A stretch of 64,000 bases of DNA from Deltaproteobacteria bacterium. Lineage in GTDB: Bacteria > Myxococcota_A > UBA9160 > UBA4427. The DNA is taken from positions 103,333-167,332 of the forward strand of contig JADJOR010000005.1 of assembly GCA_016713665.1 (NCBI GenBank). The letters are read 5' to 3'. The notes under the pieces are model-generated. The model made no database searches and had not been told where the DNA came from. It was given only the letters and a program-made list of their open reading frames with translations. Numbering within the stretch: position 1 is the first letter of the stretch; the number at the start of each line of letters is the position of its first letter. The position numbers and the translations under genes are program-made. Of the stretch, positions 36,438 through 45,612 are shown piece after piece.

Positions 36438-37304
36438 GTGGGAAGCACAGGCCAGATCGTCGGCATCGTCAACATCACCCGGGACTCGTTCTCCGACGGC
36501 GGCCGCTTCCTCGATCCGGCGCGGGCAGTCGAGCACGGCCTCGCCCTCGCCGCGGCCGGGGCCGACGTCGTCGAGCTCGGCCCGGCCTCGAGCAACCCCG
36601 ACGCGCGTCCGGTCCCGGTCGATGAGCAGATCGCGCGGCTGCGCCCCGTCCTCGGGGCGTTGGACTCGGAGCGGGCCCGCGCCGCCGAGCCGACCCGCCC
36701 GTTCCGGATCTGCGTCGACGCCTCCGCGTCCGAAGTCCTGCGCTTCGCGCTCGCGGCGGGCGTCGACTGGCTGAACGACGTCCGCGGCTTTCCCGACGAG
36801 CGCCTCTACGACGAGCTCGCGTCGGCCCGGGCCGAGCTCGTCGTCGTCCACTCCCTCTCCGGGGGCGATCGCGCCGGACGCGAGCTCGCGACCCCGGCCG
36901 AGGTCCTCGACTCGATCGAGCGCTTCTTCGAAGCACGCCTCGCGGCGCTCGTCCGGGCCGGCATCCGCGAGGAGCGCCTGATCGTCGATCCGGGCATGGG
37001 CTTCTTCCTCGGTCGCGATCCGCGCGCCTCGCTCGCGGTGCTCGCGCGGATCCCGGCGTTGCGCGCGCGCTTCGGGCGGCCGGTGCTCGTCTCGGTCTCG
37101 CGCAAGTCGTTCCTGCGCACGCTGACCGGATCCGGCCTCGACGCGATCGGCGCCGCGACGCTCGCGGCGGAGCTCTTCGCCATGCGCGTGGGCGCGGACT
37201 GGGTGAGGACCCACGACGTGCGCGCGCTGCGCGACGGGCTCTGCATCGAGCGCGCGCTCGACGCCGCGGACGACGGCGCGCGCGGTCGCCCGCGCGCGAC
37301 CTAA
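36438..37304 (+). CDS. folP: Dihydropteroate synthase, Sul1/Sul2-like subtype
   Basis: 288-aa ORF (GTG start). GIVNITRDSFSDGG, LGPASSNPDARPV, LNDVRGFPD, DPGMGFFLG and VSVSRKSFL. The last four blocks resemble Sul-type enzymes more than canonical FolP, as recalled from memory. Confidence 0.85.
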   Translation: MGSTGQIVGIVNITRDSFSDGGRFLDPARAVEHGLALAAAGADVVELGPASSNPDARPVPVDEQIARLRPVLGALDSERARAAEPTRPFRICVDASASEVLRFALAAGVDWLNDVRGFPDERLYDELASARAELVVVHSLSGGDRAGRELATPAEVLDSIERFFEARLAALVRAGIREERLIVDPGMGFFLGRDPRASLAVLARIPALRARFGRPVLVSVSRKSFLRTLTGSGLDAIGAATLAAELFAMRVGADWVRTHDVRALRDGLCIERALDAADDGARGRPRAT

Positions 37305-37444
37305 CGCGTTCGTCGCCGCGGCAGCGCCGGCGCGAAACGCCAGGCGAGGAGCACGAAGGCGATCAACGTCGCGAGGTGGGCGAGGCTGCCCTCGGGCCGC
37401 AGGGCGCAGGCGACGATCGCGTGGGCCTGATCGACGGGCGTCAT
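37301..37444 (-). CDS. Small hypothetical single-TM protein
   Basis: 47 aa (MTPVDQAHAIVACALRPEGSLAHLATLIAFVLLAWRF...). Its ATG overlaps the upstream gene stop by ATGA (37441-37444). Confidence 0.35.
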   Translation of the reverse strand: MTPVDQAHAIVACALRPEGSLAHLATLIAFVLLAWRFAPALPRRRTR

Positions 37445-37950
37445 GACGTCCCGCCCGGCCCGTGGCCCCCGCGCTTCGCGGCATTCGAGATCGACTCGAC
37501 GAGCTCCCCGACGAGCGCCTCCGACGCCACGAGCGAAAGCCGGCGCTCGGGCCACGCATGGGCCCGGATCGCGGCCCGCGCGAGCCGCTCCGCTTCGTTC
37601 CAGCGCCGGTCCTCGCGCAGCGCCTGCTCGGTCCAGAGCGCCGCCTCCTTCGCGCCGACCATGCCTGCGAGCTGTCGATCGACGGCCTGAAGCGCCAGCA
37701 GCTGGGCCTCGTCGGGCAGGCGCTCCATGCCCTCGACGTAGACCGTGTAGGCGTCGTCGAACTCGACCACGACGTTTTCGAGCCGGCCGGGGAGCAGCGC
37801 CCGCGGCTTTCCATCCCGCGCGAAGGCCGCCCTCGCCTCCTCGACCTGCACCGACAGCTCGACCAGTACCCGCCAGAGGCGCGCTTCGCGCCCCGTCGGC
37901 GCGGCCGGCCCGGTCTCGAGCCGGAGGCTTCCACGGTCGACGTGGGCCAT
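37441..37950 (-). CDS. Hypothetical protein
   Basis: 169 aa from ATG 37948-37950 (MAHVDRGSLRLE...), which lies 5 nt after the reconstructed doxX stop. No family recognised. Confidence 0.5.
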   Translation of the reverse strand: MAHVDRGSLRLETGPAAPTGREARLWRVLVELSVQVEEARAAFARDGKPRALLPGRLENVVVEFDDAYTVYVEGMERLPDEAQLLALQAVDRQLAGMVGAKEAALWTEQALREDRRWNEAERLARAAIRAHAWPERRLSLVASEALVGELVESISNAAKRGGHGPGGTS

Positions 37951-37954
37951 GGAC

Positions 37955-38343
37955 CTAGCTCTTGCCCCGCGTCCCGTCGAGGCTCCAGATCCCGCGCCGT
38001 GGGCGCTGATGAAGAGGAAGACGAAGCAGTAGATCGCGGCGAGCTCGCCGCCGTTCTCGACCGGAAGGACCGCCTTCAGGCCGTGGGCCATCCAGTAGGC
38101 GGCGGCCATCGTGCCGCTCGCAAGGAAGGCCGACCAGCGCGTGAAGAGACCGATCATGATGAAGATCCCGCCGAAGAGCTCGATCGGTCCTGCGACCCAG
38201 ACGATGAACGGCGGTGCGTCGGCCGGCATGCCCGTCGGAAATCCGAGGACCTTCATGGAGCCGTGCCAGAGGAACAGGAACCCGGCGACGATCCGCATCA
38301 GGGCATAGGTCTGGGCGCTGTAGGAAGCCATGAACGACGCCAT
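37955..38343 (-). pseudogene. DoxX family membrane protein with an apparent 1-nt frameshift near its 3' end
   Basis: ATG 38341-38343 with SD aaagaggag. DoxX pattern YALMRIVAGFLFLWHGSMK ... ISAHGAG. As sequenced, the frame runs on into the next gene. Adding one base in the G-run at about 37988-37993 restores the canonical ending GAG-IWSLDGTRGKS and a TAG at 37955-37957. Confidence 0.7.
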
Positions 38344-38456
38344 CGGATGCTCCTCTTTCGTGGTCTCTTCGCGCTCTCGTCGCGGTCCGATCGGGCCCTC
38401 GCCGCGCTCCCGCTTCGTTCGCCTTGCCGAGCCCCGTCGGATCGTGATCGATTCGC

Positions 38457-40088
38457 TCAGCGACCGAGCACGTTCATCCGACCGCGGGCCGCGAAGGCCT
38501 CGTCGATCTTCTGCCGATCGGCCGCCTCGAGCAGACGGTAGCCCGCGCCCTCCCGGCGCCAGACCGGATCGCCGCATTCCCAGCGCTCGTCCCGCAGGAC
38601 GCGCTTCAGGATCTTGTTGGTCTCGGTCGAGGGCAGCGACTCCGCGATCCGCACATAGCGGGGCACCATCTTGGTCCCGAGATCCCGCTGGTCCTCGAGA
38701 AAGGCCGCGAACCCCGCCGGATCGAAGCGCGCCCCCGGCCGCAGGATGAGAGCCGCCATGCAGTCGTCGCCGACGTCGGCATTGGGCACGGCGTAGACCG
38801 CCGCGAGCGCCACTTCCGGATGGCGCACGAGGATCCGCTCGATCGGCCCGGCAGCGAGGTTCTCACCGTCGACCCGCAGCCAGTCCATGTTGCGACCGGC
38901 GAAGTAGAAGAAGCCGGCCGCGTCGCGGTAGCCGAGATCGCCGCTCCAGTAGATGCCCTCGCGCGTGCGCTCCTGGTTGGCCTCGTCGTTGCGCCAGTAG
39001 CCCTCGAAGCTCTTCGCCGTCTCGGTGCTCGCGATCTCGCCGATCGCCTCGCTCGCGTTGGCGAGGTGGCCGTCGGGCCCGAAGCGGGCGCGGGGGCATT
39101 CCTGCTTCGTCTCGGGGTCGAGGATCAACGTGCCGGGCGGCGCGACGCCGAGGGATCCGGCGGGCATGTCCGCCGTCCGCGAGATCGCGATCCCGCCCTC
39201 GGTCGAGCCGTAGGAGTCGATGACCTCGCAGCCGAAGCGCTTCGAGAATCGGCCGAGATCGTGGTCGGCGCCCTCGTTGCCGAAGGCGATGCGGAGCGGG
39301 TTGTCGGTGTCGTCGGGACGCTCGGGGGTCGCGAGGATGTAGGTCAGCGGCTTGCCGACGTAGTTGAAGTAGGTCACGCCGAACTTGCGCACGTCCGGGA
39401 GGAACGCGCTCGCCGAGAACTTGCGGCGCATGCTCCAGGTCCCGCCCGCGGCGAGGATCGGCGCGACGCCCGCCATGTGGGCGTTCGAGTGGAAGAGCGG
39501 CATCGCGAGATAGCCCACGTCCTTCGACGTGAGGCCGCGCATCTGGGCGAGGACCTTGCCGGCCATCGCCGTCCGCATCGACGAGACGATCGCGGCCTTC
39601 GGCTCGCCGGTCGTCCCCGACGTGAAGATCAGCATGTAGATCGCGCGCGCATCCGCCTCGACCTTCGGGAGGGCCGCCCCGGCGAAGGGCGCGAGGGCCT
39701 CGTGCCACACCGGCGATGCGACGTCGAAGCGGCGGTTCGCGGGGATGCCGAGATCGAGGCCCGCGAGCAGCTCCGCATGGCGATCTTCGGTGACGAGGAT
39801 CTGGCAGTCCGTATGCCGGATGTCGCGCTCGAGGCCGGCGCCGCGGCGGGTCGGATTGATGCCGACGACGGTCGCGCCGACGAGGCTCGCTGCGCCGGTC
39901 AGGAAGAGATACTCGGGCACGTTCTCGAGCAGCACGCCGACGTGGAAGGGCCCGGGCCGCCGCCACGCGAGCAGCGCCTCGGCCCGCTCGCAGCAGCCCT
40001 GGTAGTACTCGCGCCAGCTATAGCGCTGGTCCTCGAAGAGGAGCGCCGGGGCATCGTCCGTGGCGCGGGCCAGAAGCAGATCGCGCAT
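38457..40088 (-). CDS. AMP-dependent acyl-CoA synthetase/ligase
   Basis: 543 aa from ATG 40086-40088 (MRDLLLARATDD). AMP-binding motif IFTSGTTGEPKA and later YGSTEGG. Start lies 2 nt after the upstream SDR stop. Confidence 0.9.
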   Translation of the reverse strand: MRDLLLARATDDAPALLFEDQRYSWREYYQGCCERAEALLAWRRPGPFHVGVLLENVPEYLFLTGAASLVGATVVGINPTRRGAGLERDIRHTDCQILVTEDRHAELLAGLDLGIPANRRFDVASPVWHEALAPFAGAALPKVEADARAIYMLIFTSGTTGEPKAAIVSSMRTAMAGKVLAQMRGLTSKDVGYLAMPLFHSNAHMAGVAPILAAGGTWSMRRKFSASAFLPDVRKFGVTYFNYVGKPLTYILATPERPDDTDNPLRIAFGNEGADHDLGRFSKRFGCEVIDSYGSTEGGIAISRTADMPAGSLGVAPPGTLILDPETKQECPRARFGPDGHLANASEAIGEIASTETAKSFEGYWRNDEANQERTREGIYWSGDLGYRDAAGFFYFAGRNMDWLRVDGENLAAGPIERILVRHPEVALAAVYAVPNADVGDDCMAALILRPGARFDPAGFAAFLEDQRDLGTKMVPRYVRIAESLPSTETNKILKRVLRDERWECGDPVWRREGAGYRLLEAADRQKIDEAFAARGRMNVLGR

Positions 40089-40090
40089 CG

Positions 40091-40972
40091 TCACGACGAG
40101 CGGCCCTCCGTGTGCCGGGCGAGATTCTCGAGCCCTTCGACGACGGCGAGGCCCGCGTACGGGTTCGTCGGATTGCGATCGGCCTCGATGTCGGCGGCGC
40201 GGACGACGAGGGCCTTCTTCGTCGTGTCGTGGGTGAAGATCCAGAAGCGGTTCGCGCGCATCGCGTCGACGATGTCGCCGGCGACCTTGTCCGGCGGAAT
40301 GCCGAGGGCCGAGATCGCCTCGCGCAGAGGGGCCATCGTCGCCGTCTGCGAGGGCTTCATCGACGCCCCGTCGTCGCGGTTTCGCTCGGAGTGGAAGATC
40401 TTCGTGCGCACGAGGTTCGGGCAGAGGCAGTGGACCGAGACGCCTGTCCCCTCGAGCTCGCGGTAGAGGGACTCGGAGAGGCCGACGACGGCGTGTTTGG
40501 TCGCGGTGTACATGCCGAGCATCGCGCTCGAGACGTGGCCGGCCTCGGAGGCGGTGTTGATGATGTGGCCCTCGCCCTGCTGCTTCAGGATCGGACCGAA
40601 GGCGAGCACGCCGTAGGCGACGCCGAGGACGTTCACGTCGACGATCCAGCGCCAGTCGGCGGGCGTCGTGTCGAGCATCGGACCCGCCGGACCGACGCCG
40701 GCGTTGTTGAAGACGACGTGGACCGCGCCGTAATGCGCGAGCGTCCGCTTCGCGAGGGCATCGACCTCGTCGGGATCGCGCACGTCGCAGACGACGGGGA
40801 GGACGTCGCCGCCTGCGGCCGAGAGCCGGCCGGCCTCGCGCTCGAGGCTCCCCTTCTCGACGTCGGCCATCACGACCTTCATGCCCTCGCGCAGGAAGCG
40901 CTCGGTCGCGCCGAGTCCGATCCCGCTCGCCGCCCCGGTCACGACCGCGACACGACCCTTGAAATCCTGCAT
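40091..40972 (-). CDS. SDR family oxidoreductase
   Basis: 293 aa from ATG 40970-40972 (MQDFKGRVAVVTGAASGIGLG). NNAG and YTATK motifs. Confidence 0.9.
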   Translation of the reverse strand: MQDFKGRVAVVTGAASGIGLGATERFLREGMKVVMADVEKGSLEREAGRLSAAGGDVLPVVCDVRDPDEVDALAKRTLAHYGAVHVVFNNAGVGPAGPMLDTTPADWRWIVDVNVLGVAYGVLAFGPILKQQGEGHIINTASEAGHVSSAMLGMYTATKHAVVGLSESLYRELEGTGVSVHCLCPNLVRTKIFHSERNRDDGASMKPSQTATMAPLREAISALGIPPDKVAGDIVDAMRANRFWIFTHDTTKKALVVRAADIEADRNPTNPYAGLAVVEGLENLARHTEGRSS

Positions 40973-41118
40973 CGGTTTCTCCCCGCCGCCGGCGAGCAAA
41001 CGCATCCCGGACCGCGCATCGGCGGTCGAACCGGCGCGCACGCGGCTCTGACGTCGGCCTGCGCAGTCTAGCGACAAACACGGTGCGGGTTGCAAGCCCG
41101 GCGCTCTGGGAGAACGCG

Positions 41119-44100
41119 CTACGCGACCCGACGCCGTCGTGCGAAGGAATACGAAAGCACGATTGCCGTCATGAGTCCCAGACCGACCCCCGGCTCCGGA
41201 ACCGTCCGGATATCGCCGTTTGCGGCGCGTCCCTGCAGCCGAAACCACGGTCCGATCCGAACGGTCGGCTGGATGCCGACCTGCGTCGAGGAGTACTCCG
41301 CGTAGTGGATCCGCGCCCGCCAGGCATAGCTCGTGTTGCTCGCCAGTCCCGTGACCGTCTCCGCCAGCACTGCACCGCTGGTTCCGAGGTCGATCCAGAC
41401 GGGAGAAATCCGTTCATGACACACGACGGCCCCGAACGACACGCCCGCCGGACAGACCTCGATCTCGAGCTTCGCGCGCTCCCGGCCGCGCGGACTTCGC
41501 GCGAGCAGCTCGACCTCGAATCGATCGGGCGCGTGGGCCGAGCCACCGGCCTGGACGGGAATCCCGCTCGCGTCGCCCCGCCGCTGTTGCGCCAGCACGG
41601 GATCGCCGCGCCAGTTCTGCAAAAGCACGAACACGGCCCCTTCGTCGGTCTCGGCGGTCGGATCGCCGGACTCGAAGGTCGGTGCCCCCGCGATCAGATC
41701 CCCGGTGCCATCCCCATTCACGTCGCCTGCAGAGGCCACGCTCCAACCCCACGATCCGCCCCCCACGTCCAATCCGTACTTGCGCGGCGTGGTCTCGGCA
41801 TTCCCATCCGGAATGCCTTCGCTGGATCCGAGCAGGACGTAGATCGCCCCCTGTCCGTTGATGGCGGACTCGCTCGGTGCGCCGACGACGACGTCGCCGT
41901 ATCCGTCCCGATTGACGTCACCCGCGGAAGCGACGCTCGCGCCCAGATGATCGAGGGCATGACTCGATTCGAAGCGGGTCGCGGCCGTCTCCGGGCTGCC
42001 ATTCGAGAGGCCCGTCGACGATCCCTCGAAGAGGAATGCGGCTCCGGTCCTGGATGCCGCCCCATCGTAGTCGGGAGCCCCGATGATCACGTCGTCGAAC
42101 CCGTCGGCGTTCACGTCGCCCGCGGAGGCCACGCTCGCGCGACTTCCCAATGCCGCCGACGTGCGATTGCCGACGAAGCGCGCGTGGGCGGTCACGGAGG
42201 TCTGATTCCCGATTCCCGTCGGCGATCCCAGGAACACGAAGGCGGCGCCTTCATCCGTAAAGCCAAAATCGAATCGAGGCGCCCCGACGATCACATCGCC
42301 ATAGCCGTCTCCATTCACATCGCCGGCCGACCCGACGCTGGCCCCCATGCGGGCCGACACCTGGTCGGACTCGAGTCGCCCATTGGAAGAAGTCGGATTC
42401 CGGTCGCTGAGCGGCGGGCCGCCGTGGTACACGAACGCTGCCCCTTCGTCGGACTCGCCCGAGTCGTAGAAGGGCGCCCCGACGATGACGTCGCCGTAGC
42501 CATCGCCGTTCACGTCGCCCGCCGACGCGACCATGGAACCCATGCGCGCGAGCGACTGAACGCTTTCGAATCGAACGGCGGCGGAATCGGGGTCTCCGTT
42601 GCCCATCCCGGCCGGCGATCCCAGATACAGGAACGCATAGCCTTCGTCCCCGGGCCCGAAATCGTAGAAGGGTGCGCCCACGACGACGTCCCCGTAACCG
42701 TCTCCGTTGTAATCCCCCGCCGAGGCGACGGACTCGCCCATGCGAGCGAAGATCTGGTTCGACTCGAAGCGAGCGTGTGCCGTCAGGACGGGGGTAGCCG
42801 GCTCCAGAGCGAGGCCGAGCGTCACTGGACCGAGAAACAGGAATGCCGCGCCCTCATCGACCTCTCCCGCGTCGAACGCGGGCGCGCCGACGATCACGTC
42901 GCCATAGCCGTCCCCATTCACGTCACCGGCCGAAGCCACGCTCCATCCGAGCTCCGCATCCACCTGGTCGGCCTCGAAGCGCGATCGACGATCGAGCGGG
43001 AACTCGGACTGGTCGAACCAGAACGCGCCGCCGTGATACACGAAGGCCGCGCCCTCGTCACTCTGTCCGCCGTCCCACAGCTCGGCCCCGACGATCAGGT
43101 CGTCGAAGCCATCTCCGTCCACGTCCCCTGCCGAGGCCACGGAATTCCCCATCCTCGCGCCGGCCTGATTCGATTCCACCAATCGGTATCGGTTGAAGGG
43201 ATGAATGCCCGACGCGCCGCCGCTCACGACGATGAAGGCTCCCTCGTCGACGAGCAGGCCGTTGGGGAAATAGCTCCGGGCTCCGACGATCAGATCCCCG
43301 AAGCCGTCTCCATTCAGATCGCCCGCTGAAGCGACACTGCTCCCGAATGCCGCCCCGGGCGGACCCGGCAGAAACATGGGATCCAATACCGTGCCATCGG
43401 CCGTGAGCGGATTCCCATCGGTGAGACCCGTACTGCTTCCGTGGAAGACGAAGGCCTCCCCTTCGTTCGAATTGGTCTGCAGCCTGTCGTAACCGGGCGC
43501 ACCGACGACGACATCGGCGTATCCGTCGCCGTTGACGTCGCCCGCCGACGAGACGCTGAAGCCCAGCGATGCATTGACCTGATCCGACTCCAGCTGGGCG
43601 TGCGCCGTCGCCGGGGTCCCGTTCGGGATGCCCGATGCCGAGCCCAGGAAGACGAATGCCGCACCCTCGCCGCCCTGTCCGGCGGTGTAGAGAGGCGCGC
43701 CGACGATCACGTCGTCGTAACCGTCCGCATTGACGTCGCCTGCCGATGCGACGCTCTGCCCCATCACGGAGCCACCGATGAATCCACCCTGGTCCGAGCT
43801 GAGTCGGGCGTGGGCCGTGGCCGTCGTCGCGTCGGCGATTCCCGCGGCCGATCCCAGATAGACGAACGCAGCGCCTTCGTTGATGATGACGGCATTATAT
43901 CCGGGCGCGCCGACGATCACGTCGTCGAAGCCGTCCCCATTCACGTCCCCCGCCGACGCGACGCTGGTTCCCAATCCGGATTCGTCGAAGTCGTGGATGA
44001 CGATCCGGGCGGCAGCCGTCGCAGGGCTTCCGTCTGCGATGCCCGTCTCGGAGCCCAGGAAGACGAAAGCGGCGCCGGATCCACCCGATACCGGGGCGTA

Positions 44101-45267
44101 CGCCGACGACCCGACGATGACGTCGCCATAACCATCTCCGTTGACGTCGCCGGCGGCGGCCACGCTGGCGCCGAACAGTGGCGTCAGGAAGGGAACGCCT
44201 TGATTCGAGCTCAGCTGGGCGTGGGCATTGGCAGGACTCCCATCGCCGAGCCCCGCCGCCGAGCCCAGGAAGACGAAAGCGGCGCCGATGCCGCTCGATC
44301 CTCCGTCGTAGTTGCGCGCCCCGACGATCACGTCGTCGAAGCCGTCGCCGTTGACGTCGCCGGCCGAGCTGACGCTGGACCCCATGAATGCCGAAGCCAG
44401 ATCCGCGGAGATCTGACCATCATCGGTCGATTCGAGCAGCGGGTCGATCACGATCGGGTAGGTCGCCCCTGCGTCATCCACGACGAGACGAATCCGATCC
44501 GCGCTCGGCACTTCGAAACGGGCCGCGAGAGCGACTCCTCGGGCGTCGACCACGGCGAGCTTTCCATACTCGAACGCGCGCCCGGCGTCACTCGCGAGGC
44601 GCACCGACTCGCCGCGCAAACTGGCTCGCGCGCCCGACACGGCGAGCTCGAGCACGAGGTCGGCGGTCTGACGATCGCGTCGGGCGCGGTCGCTCGTCGG
44701 ACCGGGCTTCGTCGCATGCGTCGCTGCGGTGGGCCGTTCGGACAGCGTGAACCCCTGCTCGAGACCGGCATCCGAGTTCACGAACCACTCGACGAGGCCG
44801 AGCTCGGGTCGCGCGATCTCGATCCGTGCCTCGACGACTTCGACTTCCCCGGACGGCACGGGAGTCAGCGCTTCACCCCGCCCAAGGCCCACGAGCCCGA
44901 GCGCCAACAACTTCGGGCTTCCCGCCGCCGTGCGATCGTCGACCCGAACCCCGTTCGGCTCGAAGCGACTTCGCAGTCCGTGTCGGCGGTTGGGCGCCTG
45001 AATGCCCGCGTCCCCCTCGCTCGCCCAGTATTCCCGGGCCGCGATATGAGACCGGGCGGCGGAAAGGAAATCGGGAGCCGGGGTCGGTTCATTGCCGCCC
45101 GAGCCGACGACGCTTCGGCGGGCCGCCGCTCGGGGATCGCCGGCTGCGTGCCATGAACCGATCGCGTCGCCTCCCGGGTCGTCCCCCGGTCCCGACTGCG
45201 GACCGGTCGACACGAGGAAATGGATTGCGGCAACCCCGACGACGGAGACGAGAGCCCTTCGAATCAT
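41119..45267 (-). CDS. Giant FG-GAP (integrin-alpha-like) repeat protein with C-terminal PEP-CTERM anchor
   Basis: 1382 aa from ATG 45265-45267 (SD aaggagg 9 nt upstream). Signal-like N-terminus. 14 repeats of the type SVASAGDVNGDGYGDVIVGAP..(D)EGAAFVFLGS. C-terminus TVPEPGVGLGLMTAIVLSYSFARRRRVA. Confidence 0.9.
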   Translation of the reverse strand: MIRRALVSVVGVAAIHFLVSTGPQSGPGDDPGGDAIGSWHAAGDPRAAARRSVVGSGGNEPTPAPDFLSAARSHIAAREYWASEGDAGIQAPNRRHGLRSRFEPNGVRVDDRTAAGSPKLLALGLVGLGRGEALTPVPSGEVEVVEARIEIARPELGLVEWFVNSDAGLEQGFTLSERPTAATHATKPGPTSDRARRDRQTADLVLELAVSGARASLRGESVRLASDAGRAFEYGKLAVVDARGVALAARFEVPSADRIRLVVDDAGATYPIVIDPLLESTDDGQISADLASAFMGSSVSSAGDVNGDGFDDVIVGARNYDGGSSGIGAAFVFLGSAAGLGDGSPANAHAQLSSNQGVPFLTPLFGASVAAAGDVNGDGYGDVIVGSSAYAPVSGGSGAAFVFLGSETGIADGSPATAAARIVIHDFDESGLGTSVASAGDVNGDGFDDVIVGAPGYNAVIINEGAAFVYLGSAAGIADATTATAHARLSSDQGGFIGGSVMGQSVASAGDVNADGYDDVIVGAPLYTAGQGGEGAAFVFLGSASGIPNGTPATAHAQLESDQVNASLGFSVSSAGDVNGDGYADVVVGAPGYDRLQTNSNEGEAFVFHGSSTGLTDGNPLTADGTVLDPMFLPGPPGAAFGSSVASAGDLNGDGFGDLIVGARSYFPNGLLVDEGAFIVVSGGASGIHPFNRYRLVESNQAGARMGNSVASAGDVDGDGFDDLIVGAELWDGGQSDEGAAFVYHGGAFWFDQSEFPLDRRSRFEADQVDAELGWSVASAGDVNGDGYGDVIVGAPAFDAGEVDEGAAFLFLGPVTLGLALEPATPVLTAHARFESNQIFARMGESVASAGDYNGDGYGDVVVGAPFYDFGPGDEGYAFLYLGSPAGMGNGDPDSAAVRFESVQSLARMGSMVASAGDVNGDGYGDVIVGAPFYDSGESDEGAAFVYHGGPPLSDRNPTSSNGRLESDQVSARMGASVGSAGDVNGDGYGDVIVGAPRFDFGFTDEGAAFVFLGSPTGIGNQTSVTAHARFVGNRTSAALGSRASVASAGDVNADGFDDVIIGAPDYDGAASRTGAAFLFEGSSTGLSNGSPETAATRFESSHALDHLGASVASAGDVNRDGYGDVVVGAPSESAINGQGAIYVLLGSSEGIPDGNAETTPRKYGLDVGGGSWGWSVASAGDVNGDGTGDLIAGAPTFESGDPTAETDEGAVFVLLQNWRGDPVLAQQRRGDASGIPVQAGGSAHAPDRFEVELLARSPRGRERAKLEIEVCPAGVSFGAVVCHERISPVWIDLGTSGAVLAETVTGLASNTSYAWRARIHYAEYSSTQVGIQPTVRIGPWFRLQGRAANGDIRTVPEPGVGLGLMTAIVLSYSFARRRRVA
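41700..44370 (-). repeat. 14 tandem ~190-bp coding repeats (FG-GAP blades) inside the giant PEP-CTERM gene
   Basis: 14 AGD(V/L/Y)(N/D)xDG motifs counted in the translation. Nucleotide borders are approximate. Confidence 0.7.
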
Positions 45268-45612
45268 CGCGCGCAACCTCCTTGACTCGAGGACCTCCCC
45301 GGCAGATTTCGATCTTATGACCTCGCCCCCAGATTCGTTCTTACCATTCGGTGATCATTCGCAGGGACCGACCGGTCGGCGATCCCCTCGGGAGGAGGCC
45401 GAAAACAATCCTGTCCGAGCCCACTCCCTTCGGATCCAATCCCCCCGCTCGAACTTTCGGCCGCCCATTCGACCCGGCGACGATCGAGCGATCGCGCTGC
45501 GCACGGGTCCTCGATTCCCTCCGGTCGCCTTCGCGAACCGCTCCTGCCCCGCCCTTCGCTCGGGCTCGTCGATGCGATCTACCAATCGATCTCGAGCGGC
45601 TAGTATCGCGCC

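Noticed and set aside
36438-37304. Recently acquired mobile sul resistance cassette
   Set aside because: There is no integron, IS element or plasmid backbone nearby, and the GC content and codon style match the host. It is treated as a chromosomal Sul-like homologue.
41083-45156. ORFs 41083..43329 (748 aa) and 43441..45156 (571 aa) on the + strand
   Set aside because: They are antisense to the FG-GAP repeat gene. Their apparent periodicity only mirrors the repeats on the other strand.
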